Assembly: GCA_015489095.1 (NCBI GenBank)
Contig: WFMN01000145.1
Coordinates: 1 to 34,385, forward strand
Direction: 5' to 3'
DNA: 34,385 nt
Source of the DNA: Mariprofundaceae bacterium
Lineage (GTDB): Bacteria; Pseudomonadota; Zetaproteobacteria; Mariprofundales; J009
Shown: positions 1-6,797 of the stretch, one piece after another
Layout of the letters: each line of letters begins with the position of its first letter
How positions within the stretch are numbered: the stretch's first letter is position 1
Translations under genes and position numbers: made by a program
The notes under the pieces: generated by a model
Seen by the model: the letters and a program-made list of their open reading frames with translations, nothing else
What the model was told of the DNA's origin: nothing
The model's database searches: none

Positions 1-2
1 AT

Positions 3-521
<519 letters not shown>

Positions 522-574
522 CCAACCAAACTCCTTGTTTTTACATGTCTTTACCACAACTACTCAGCCCTATT

Positions 575-619
575 CGCAACTGTTCAGATCGCCCATGATT
601 TGTTCGATAGCAAGGCGAA
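575..619 (-). repeat. 45-nt conserved intergenic element, copy 1 (41/45 identical to 14610..14654)
   Basis: Reverse complement reads TTCGCCTTGCTATCGAACAAATCATGGGCGATCTGAACAGTTGCG. It lies 53 nt upstream of the gnd-like ATG, in the same orientation as that gene. Confidence 0.85.
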
Positions 620-631
620 CACGCTTTAGCA

Positions 632-688
632 ATTCGCGGTTGGAAACCGCTCCTACAGCCCGTAGGAGGGGAATCCTTTCCCCGAACC
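632..688 (-). repeat. REP doublet (REPIN/BIME-like), copy A
   Basis: Reverse complement is GGTTCGGGGAAAGGATTCCCCTCCTAC-gggc-TGTAGGAGCGGTTTCCAACCGCGAAT. These are two head-to-head GTAGGAG-headed palindromes (GGGGAA/TTCCCC and GCGGTT/AACCGC). Nearly identical to 15612..15681. Confidence 0.9.
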
Positions 689-744
689 TATCCATGGCCG
701 CGATGCCGACTTCTTGCGAAGTCCCTATGGGATGAGCTGAACAG

Positions 745-1530
745 TTACTGCCTAGGATCCAGCCAATCGCGCAACCCTTCGCCCAACAGGTTGTAGCCCA
801 ACACCGTGATCAAAATCGCCAACCCGGGATAGAGCGACAACCACCATGCGATCTGGATGTTATCCTTCCCCGCCGTCAGCATGTTGCCCCACGACGGGTC
901 GGGAGGCTGCACCCCCAAGCCCAAAAACGATAGCCCAGACTCTAGCAGCACCGCACCCGCCACACCAAGCACCGAGGAGACCAGAATCGGCCCGATGGCG
1001 TTGGGCAGGCAATAACGGCTCACCAGCCGCCAACTGCTCGCCCCCAGCGCCTCTGCCGCCAGCACAAACTCGCGATGGCGCAGGCTGAGCAGCTCGGCGC
1101 GCACCAGGCGCGCCACCCCCATCCACGAGGTCAACCCGATCACGATCATGATGTTCCAGATCGAGGGCTCAAGGAAGGCGATCACCGCCAAAATGAGAAA
1201 AAAGGTGGGGAAACAGAGCACCATATCGGTAAAACGCATGATCACCGCGTCCACCCGACCGCCGACAAAGCCGGCCACCACCCCGAAGGCGATACCGATC
1301 ACCACCGAGATCCCCACCGCCACAAACCCCACCGCCAGCGACACCCGCGCGCCAAAGAGCATCCGCGACAACACATCCCGCCCCAGATTGTCGGTGCCGC
1401 ACCAGTGGTGCCACGACGGCGGCTGCAACATCTGCCGGACATCGATCGCCACCGGATCGTACGGTGCGATCCACGGTGCCAACAGCGCCAGCAGCGCCAC
1501 CACCGCAACGATCCCCCCGCCCCAACGCAT
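745..1530 (-). CDS. ABC transporter permease, DppC/OppC/YejE-type
   Basis: This is the C-terminal 261 aa of track ORF 745..2223: MRWGGGIVAVVALLALLAPWIAPYDP...LAAEALGASSWRLVSRYCLPNAIGPILV... That gives a typical peptide/opine permease N-terminus and EAA-like loop. The first ~230 aa of the track ORF overlap the upstream permease gene and are Arg/Ala/Gly junk. Start is ATG 1530, with in-frame GTG 1542 as an alternative. Confidence 0.85.
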   Translation of the reverse strand: MRWGGGIVAVVALLALLAPWIAPYDPVAIDVRQMLQPPSWHHWCGTDNLGRDVLSRMLFGARVSLAVGFVAVGISVVIGIAFGVVAGFVGGRVDAVIMRFTDMVLCFPTFFLILAVIAFLEPSIWNIMIVIGLTSWMGVARLVRAELLSLRHREFVLAAEALGASSWRLVSRYCLPNAIGPILVSSVLGVAGAVLLESGLSFLGLGVQPPDPSWGNMLTAGKDNIQIAWWLSLYPGLAILITVLGYNLLGEGLRDWLDPRQ

Positions 1531-1556
1531 CAACGGGTTCACGGAACCGGCGGAGA

Positions 1557-2528
1557 TCAACGGCGCGTCCGCGGATCGACCCAGCCGTAGGCCAGATCCG
1601 CCAGCAGGTTGCCGAGCAGCGTCAGAACCGCGCCGATCACCGTGATGCCCATCACCAGCGGGTAGTCGCGCGCCATCACCGCCTGATAGAAGAGCAAGCC
1701 CATACCGGGAATCGAGTAGAGCTGCTCCACAATCACCGAACCGCCGATCAGCCCCGGCACCGACAGCCCGAGCAGGGTGATGATCGGCAACAGCGCGTTG
1801 CGCAGCGCGTAGCGATAACGGATCGCACGCTCGCTCGCCCCCATGGCGCGGGCGGTGGTGATAAAATCGCTGCGGATCACATCGAGCATCCCGCTGCGCA
1901 TGAAGCGGCTCATGCCGGCGATGCCACCGATGGCGGAGATCAGCACCGGCATCAGCAGGTGCCGCAACAGATCCCACTGCTGCTGCCACCACCCCATCTG
2001 TTGCCAGCCGTAGCTGTGCATGCCGGAGATCGGCAGCCAGCCGTGCTGCACCCCGAGGGTGATCATCAGCAGCAGCCCCAGCCAGAACGACGGGATGGCG
2101 AAACCGATAAAGACCAGCACCGTAAGCAGACGATCCAGCCACGAATCCTGATAGGCGCTGGAGAGCACGCCGATGGGAATCGCCACCAGCAGGATCAGCG
2201 CCATCGCCAGCAGGTTGATCCACAAGGTCACCGGCAGGCGCTCGGCGATCTTCTCCATCACCGGCCGCCCATCCGACGAGAAGGAGTTGCCGAAATCGAG
2301 CCGCGCCAGCCGCTTCAACCAGTGGTAATACTGCAGATAGAGCGGTTGATCCAGCCCGTAATAGCTGCGCAGCCGCTCGACATCGGCCGCCGACACCTTG
2401 GGGTTCATCTCGTTGCCCACCACCGACGGCTCGCCCGGCGCCAGATGCATCATGCCAAACGAAATGATGGTGATGCCGAGCAGCAGCGGCACCATCATCA
2501 GCAGTCGCTTGAGCAGATAGCCGCGCAT
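1557..2528 (-). CDS. ABC transporter permease, DppB/OppB/YejB-type
   Basis: 323 aa. MRGYLLKRLLMMVPLLLGITIISFGMMHLAPGEP is the canonical N-terminus of this permease family. The protein is multi-TM and ends ...LADLAYGWVDPRTRR. Confidence 0.9.
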   Translation of the reverse strand: MRGYLLKRLLMMVPLLLGITIISFGMMHLAPGEPSVVGNEMNPKVSAADVERLRSYYGLDQPLYLQYYHWLKRLARLDFGNSFSSDGRPVMEKIAERLPVTLWINLLAMALILLVAIPIGVLSSAYQDSWLDRLLTVLVFIGFAIPSFWLGLLLMITLGVQHGWLPISGMHSYGWQQMGWWQQQWDLLRHLLMPVLISAIGGIAGMSRFMRSGMLDVIRSDFITTARAMGASERAIRYRYALRNALLPIITLLGLSVPGLIGGSVIVEQLYSIPGMGLLFYQAVMARDYPLVMGITVIGAVLTLLGNLLADLAYGWVDPRTRR

Positions 2529-2532
2529 CGGG

Positions 2533-3486
2533 TTAGATGCCCTCCCCCCGGTGCAGCAGCAGTTTGCGGCGGTACTCCTCGGGCTCTTTCACCTGCGTCA
2601 TTGCCCCGGGACGAGGAAAGATCGCATCAAACAGCCGCGACAACCAGAAACGGAGCGCCGCCAGCCGCAACAGCCCCGGTAGCGCCTGTTGCTCCTCCTC
2701 GCGCAAGGGGCGCACGCCGCCATAGCCGCGCAACAAGGCAGCCATCCGCGCATCATCCTCCGGTTGAAGATGAATCGATAACGCATTGATTGCAATAGCG
2801 ATATCCATCACATAAGACGCGCTGTGCGCATAGTAGAAGTCGATCACCCCCGACACCCGATCCCCCTCAAACAGGATATTGTCGCAGAAGTAATCACCGT
2901 GGATAATGCCGGTGGGCAGCCCATCCCAACCCTGCTCCGCCTGCCACGCCAGTTCATCGTCAAGCAGGTCGGCCGCCTCCCCGCCATAGCGTTGACGCAC
3001 GGCGGGCGCCACCCGCTCCGCCGTCTGCCGCAGCCACTCCCGACCGGTGGGGTTGGCACGCGCGGGCGAAAAATCGGCACCGGCGGCGTGCAGCCGCGCC
3101 AGCGTGGCACCGGCGCTCTCTAGCTGCGCCGTGGAGAGGTGATCCACCACTCCACCGGGCAGGCAGGAGACGATACAGCCCCACTTGGTTTCCTGTTGCG
3201 CCGCCAGATAACGAAACAGCAGGTCACCGTTTTTCCTGCGCTGCACCGCGGGACAGGCCAGTCCTCGGTCGCTCAAATGGCACATCAGGCGCATGAACCA
3301 CGGCAGCGTCTCTCCGTCCATGCGCTCGAAGATGGTCAGCACAAAACGGCCGCGGTCGGTGGTGACAAAGAAGTTGCTGTTTTCAATCCCGGCGGCGATG
3401 CCGGAAAAGTCGCGCAGCGCGCCGAGATCGTAGTCGGCCACGATGGCGGCGATGTCATCAAAGGAGAGTTCAGTATAGACAGACAT
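2533..3486 (-). CDS. thrB: Homoserine kinase, type II (ThrB, APH-fold)
   Basis: From M36 of track ORF 2533..3591: MSVYTELSFDDIAAIVADYDLGALRDFSGIAAGIENSNFFVTT...IIHGDYFCDNILF...RFWLSRL. It is co-linear with Pseudomonas-type ThrB. The upstream 35 codons of the track ORF run through a REP element. Confidence 0.9.
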   Translation of the reverse strand: MSVYTELSFDDIAAIVADYDLGALRDFSGIAAGIENSNFFVTTDRGRFVLTIFERMDGETLPWFMRLMCHLSDRGLACPAVQRRKNGDLLFRYLAAQQETKWGCIVSCLPGGVVDHLSTAQLESAGATLARLHAAGADFSPARANPTGREWLRQTAERVAPAVRQRYGGEAADLLDDELAWQAEQGWDGLPTGIIHGDYFCDNILFEGDRVSGVIDFYYAHSASYVMDIAIAINALSIHLQPEDDARMAALLRGYGGVRPLREEEQQALPGLLRLAALRFWLSRLFDAIFPRPGAMTQVKEPEEYRRKLLLHRGEGI

Positions 3487-3531
3487 AGGCGAAACCTGCG
3501 CCCGGCGGAGCGGGAAATCCACGCCGCCTTG

Positions 3532-3567
3532 GTAGGAGCGGTTTCCAACCGCGAATCGCCACGAACA
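3532..3567 (+). repeat. REP element, copy B (single REP1 unit with conserved tail)
   Basis: GTAGGAGCGGTTTCCAACCGCGAATCGCCACGAACA. It has the same GTAGGAG head, GCGGTT/AACCGC stem and CGCCACG tail as copy C. A degenerate partner (gcgggaaatcc) lies just 5' of it. Confidence 0.85.
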
Positions 3568-3619
3568 TTTTATTACGACAGGGACCTTCATTACAACCCT
3601 TTAATCTTTCGTTCATAGG

Positions 3620-3745
3620 CTTCTAACCGTCGCCGCCTAGTGTTCGCTCTTGTTCGGCGCCCGTTCCCTCCTCCCTCCCTCCTCCTAGGGCGTCGAACCT
3701 TGTTCGAGAGCAGCCCCGGCATCCGTGCCGGGGCTGTTTTCGTTT
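3620..3745 (+). ncRNA. Candidate small RNA or psd leader: stem-loop with a C/U-rich (CCUCCUCCC) loop plus an intrinsic terminator; 5' end unknown
   Basis: An 11-bp stem pairs 3652-3662 gttcggcgccc with 3688-3698 gggcgtcgaac (one G.U). It encloses the 25-nt loop gttCCCTCCTCCCTCCCTCCTCCta. A terminator hairpin follows at 3711-3736 with a T-run. No plus-strand CDS lies upstream. AT-rich DNA at 3567-3625 could hold the promoter. Confidence 0.4.
3711..3745 (+). terminator. Rho-independent terminator (plus-strand specific)
   Basis: Perfect 11-bp stem cagccccggca / tgccggggctg with 4-nt loop tccg, followed by TTTTCGTTT. The reverse strand has no U-tract after the hairpin. Confidence 0.8.
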
Positions 3746-3769
3746 CCGGGATCCGCTAGCATTGTGCCG

Positions 3770-4411
3770 ATGATCACCAACCCCCATACCCGTTACGGTT
3801 TCGCCAACGAAGGGTGGCCGTTCATTCTTGCAACCGCAGCACTCCTGCTGCTGACCCTGCTGTTGGGTTGGTGCGTGATGGGGGCACTCCTCCTGCTGGC
3901 GCTGCTCTTCCTGCTCAACTTCTTCCGCGACCCCGAACGCGCCACACCCAACGGCGAGGGGCTGATCATCGCGCCCGCCGATGGCCGCGTGATCCGCGCC
4001 ACCAGCGATGACAACGGTGCGCGTGTCGATATTTTCATGAATGTGTTCAATGTCCATGTCAACCGCGCGCCGATGTCGGGACGCATCACCGCGATGCGCT
4101 ATTTCTCCGGCCGGTTTGTCAACGCAAGCCTAGATCACGCCAGCGAGGAGAACGAGCGCAACCGCTTCACTTTGGCCGGTGATGACGGCACAGTGATCCA
4201 CTTCACCCAGATTGCGGGGCTGGTGGCGCGACGCATCGTCAGCTATGTCGCCGTCGGCGACCGGGTGACGGCGGGCGCGCGCATCGGCATGATCCGCTTC
4301 GGCTCGCGGGTGGACTGCGAGCTTCCCGCCGGCTACACCCTCTGTGTGCGCGAGGGCGACAAAACGGTGGCCGGAGAAACGGTGCTGGCACGCAAGGAGG
4401 AGGCGTCATGA
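3770..4411 (+). CDS. psd: Phosphatidylserine decarboxylase, short (~213 aa) form
   Basis: MITNPHTRYGFANEGWPFI..., N-terminal TM segments, FFRDPER...APADGRV...FMNVFNVHVNRAPMSG...GMIRFGSRVD (GS pyruvoyl-forming site). It overlaps pssA by ATGA. The track ORF begins 15 codons earlier at a GTG inside the terminator. Confidence 0.85.
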   Translation: MITNPHTRYGFANEGWPFILATAALLLLTLLLGWCVMGALLLLALLFLLNFFRDPERATPNGEGLIIAPADGRVIRATSDDNGARVDIFMNVFNVHVNRAPMSGRITAMRYFSGRFVNASLDHASEENERNRFTLAGDDGTVIHFTQIAGLVARRIVSYVAVGDRVTAGARIGMIRFGSRVDCELPAGYTLCVREGDKTVAGETVLARKEEAS

Positions 4412-5211
4412 GCAGCGCCAAGCGGCAACGCGGGGTCTATCTCGTTCCCAGCTTCTTTACCACCCTAGGGCTGCTTGCCGGCTTTTACGCCGTCACCACC
4501 GCCATTCAGGGGCGCTTTGAGGCGGCGGCGTGGGGCATCATCCTAGCCGCGATCTTCGATATCGTGGATGGGCGCGTGGCACGCCTGTTGAACGCGGAGA
4601 CCGAGTTCGGTGCCGAGTATGACTCGCTGTGCGACATGCTCTCGTTCGGCGTGGCACCGGCGGTGCTGCTCTATGTGTGGGCGCTCACCCCCTTCAACAA
4701 GGTGGGGTGGCTGTTCGCTTTTCTGCTGGTGGCCGGCGCCGCGCTACGGCTGGCGCGTTTCAATGTGGAGCACGACATTCAGGACAAACGCTACTTCCAC
4801 GGCCTGCCAACCCCCGCCACGGCGCTGCTAATCGCCACCGGCGTGCTGTTCCACAAGGAGGGGAGCCACGCGCCGGTGGCCTCGATGTGGGCGATCAACG
4901 CGGTGGCGCTCTCGTGGTTCATGATCAGCAATGTCCGCTTTGTTTCCGGCAAGGATCTCGACCTCAATGTGCGCAAGCCCTTTATCGCCTTGGTTGGCAT
5001 GCTGGTGGCGGTGGTGATCCTGATGGCCGACCCCTACCGCATCCCGTTTCTTCTGCTCTGCATCTACTGTCTGCACGGCCCGGCGATGAATATCTGGCAA
5101 CACCACAAGGCGCGCAAACGGCGTCGCGCCATGCAGCTACGCCGCAGTCAACAGCAGGCGCCCAAGGGAGCCGCCGCTAGCGAGGAGGAACCTGACAGCG
5201 GCGAATCGTGA
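4408..5211 (+). CDS. pssA: CDP-diacylglycerol--serine O-phosphatidyltransferase
   Basis: CDP-alcohol phosphotransferase motif DGRVARLLNAETEFGAEYDSLCD (DGx2ARx8Gx3Dx3D). The protein is multi-TM and coupled to psd. Confidence 0.9.
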   Translation: MSSAKRQRGVYLVPSFFTTLGLLAGFYAVTTAIQGRFEAAAWGIILAAIFDIVDGRVARLLNAETEFGAEYDSLCDMLSFGVAPAVLLYVWALTPFNKVGWLFAFLLVAGAALRLARFNVEHDIQDKRYFHGLPTPATALLIATGVLFHKEGSHAPVASMWAINAVALSWFMISNVRFVSGKDLDLNVRKPFIALVGMLVAVVILMADPYRIPFLLLCIYCLHGPAMNIWQHHKARKRRRAMQLRRSQQQAPKGAAASEEEPDSGES

Positions 5212-5887
5212 GCAGATCCCTTGGTCTGCCGATATCACGCCACCGCCCTCGATGCACCACGCCGCCCAACGCCCCTTCGGCGATCAGGGCGCGCATCGGC
5301 TCCAACAACGAAAAGGGCGCCCCCACGGGGTAGCGCGTCAGCACCGCCTGCGACCACAACGACACCCCGGCGAAGGTCCAGGTTGGTTCGTTGTCGCGCC
5401 GCAAGCCGACCCGTCCGGCGGCGAGCGTGAAGTCCCCCTCGGGGTGGTGCGTCGGGTTGGGAACCAGCCCCAACACCGCCCGGATCTCCGGCTCGGCCAT
5501 CTGCCGCCATAACCGCGCCAGATCGATGTCGCTGATCACATCCGCGTTGCAGACCACCACCGTGTCACCGGCGGGAAGCAGCGTGCAGGCACGGCGCACG
5601 CCGCCACCGGAATCGAGCAGACGCGCCTCGCGGCTGTAGCGGATAGCGAGCCCGAATCCGCGGCCATCGCCCAATAGCCGCACGATCTGGTCGCCGTGAT
5701 GGTGCAGGTTGATCGCCACATGGCGGATACCGAAGGCAACCAGATGGCGCAGCGTGTGGACAATCGCCGGCACACCCGCCACCGGCATCAGCGCCTTGGG
5801 GCGGTCGGCCGTCAGCCAGCGCAGCCGCGTTCCCAACCCGGCGGCGAGCACCACCGCCCGATCGGGGCGCGCAAGCGGGCTAGTCAC
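5177..5887 (-). CDS. Sugar-phosphate nucleotidyltransferase, MurU-like (N-acetylmuramate-1-phosphate uridylyltransferase family)
   Basis: From GTG 5887: VTSPLARPDRAVVLAAGLGTRLRWLTADRPKALMPVAG...VCNADV...NPTHHPEGDF...HRGRWRDIGRP. The GxGTRL NTP-transferase motif is present and the layout is MurU-like. The start overlaps the patatin stop by 8 nt. The 3' end overlaps convergent pssA by 35 nt. Confidence 0.75.
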   Translation of the reverse strand: MTSPLARPDRAVVLAAGLGTRLRWLTADRPKALMPVAGVPAIVHTLRHLVAFGIRHVAINLHHHGDQIVRLLGDGRGFGLAIRYSREARLLDSGGGVRRACTLLPAGDTVVVCNADVISDIDLARLWRQMAEPEIRAVLGLVPNPTHHPEGDFTLAAGRVGLRRDNEPTWTFAGVSLWSQAVLTRYPVGAPFSLLEPMRALIAEGALGGVVHRGRWRDIGRPRDLLTIRRCQVPPR

Positions 5888-6797
5888 GCCCCAAGAGTTC
5901 CGCCAACTGATCCAGCTTCGCCTCCGCCGCCTCGTAGCCGCGGGCGATCTCATCCTCTGGGTGGGAGAAGTCGTCCCACTGCACATCGCCCACCAGCGGT
6001 TCGATCAGCACCTCGGCGTGCTCCTTATCGTAACGGCGCAGGTAGTAGGATTTCACCAGCGACGCCCAGTCGAGCATCCCCAGCATGTGGGAGGGGCGCA
6101 TGGCGCTCGACGGCTTGGCACCGACATTGACCGCCACCACGCACTGGTTGTCGCTGGCGCGGTTGCGCGCCTCCAGCGAGGGGATCTCCGACGCCATGCC
6201 GCCGTCAACATAGCGCTGCCCATCCACCTCCACCGGCGCGAAAATGCCGGGAATCGCCATGCTGGCGGCGACGCTGTGGATCAGATCCCCTTGGTCGAAT
6301 ACGGTGCAAGCGCCCTGCGGGAAGCTGACCGCGACACAAGAGAAGGGGATCTTGGCGTCGGAAAAATGGCGCCCCGCGCAGAGGTGGTCGGCCACGGTGA
6401 TGAGCAGCTCGGCGTCCATCAGCGCGATATCGGTCGCGGCGCGCATATAGAGCAGTGACTGCCTGCCCAACGCCATCCAGCGGTCGAAAAAGGAGCCACC
6501 ATCGTCATCGCTCTGCTGCAGTTGCGGTAGTTGCAGGTTGGCCATGGTCTCCGAGCGCAAAAAGGAGAGCGCCCGCTGCTCAATGGCCTCCGCATCCGGC
6601 CTGAGCGCGTACATCGCCCCGAACAGCGCCCCGATACTGACGCCGATAATCGCATCCGGCCTGAGCGCCCGCGCCTCCAGCGCCTTGAGCACGCCGAGAT
6701 GGGCCAGTCCGCGCCCTCCTCCACCACCCAGCGCCAAAACAAATCCGTCGTAACGGCTCGGCAACAGGCGCGAAAACCATTTAGGCCCCATCGGCAA
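5880..6797 (-). CDS. Patatin-like phospholipase (RssA/YlbK-type)
   Basis: Oxyanion GGGGGRG, lipase GxSxG (GVSIGALFGA) and catalytic Asp in YVDGGMAS. 305 aa. The start overlaps the glnD stop (alternative ATG 6791). Confidence 0.85.
   Translation of the reverse strand: MPMGPKWFSRLLPSRYDGFVLALGGGGGRGLAHLGVLKALEARALRPDAIIGVSIGALFGAMYALRPDAEAIEQRALSFLRSETMANLQLPQLQQSDDDGGSFFDRWMALGRQSLLYMRAATDIALMDAELLITVADHLCAGRHFSDAKIPFSCVAVSFPQGACTVFDQGDLIHSVAASMAIPGIFAPVEVDGQRYVDGGMASEIPSLEARNRASDNQCVVAVNVGAKPSSAMRPSHMLGMLDWASLVKSYYLRRYDKEHAEVLIEPLVGDVQWDDFSHPEDEIARGYEAAEAKLDQLAELLGRD

Noticed and set aside
4577-4591. Sigma-54-like promoter TGGCACgcctgTTGA, of interest because an NtrC-family activator is in the window.
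   Set aside because: It lies inside the pssA coding sequence, within the codons of the DGRVARLL motif, with no gene start downstream. The -12 element is GA rather than GC. Most likely a chance match.
5177-6797. Patatin-like phospholipase next to a 'nucleotidyltransferase' as a possible CBASS (CD-NTase plus CapV) defence pair.
   Set aside because: The nucleotidyltransferase carries the sugar-phosphate NTP-transferase motif LAAGLGTRL and a MurU/RmlA-like layout. It is not a pol-beta-fold CD-NTase (no GSx..DxD). The pair is chained to glnD and shows no island context.
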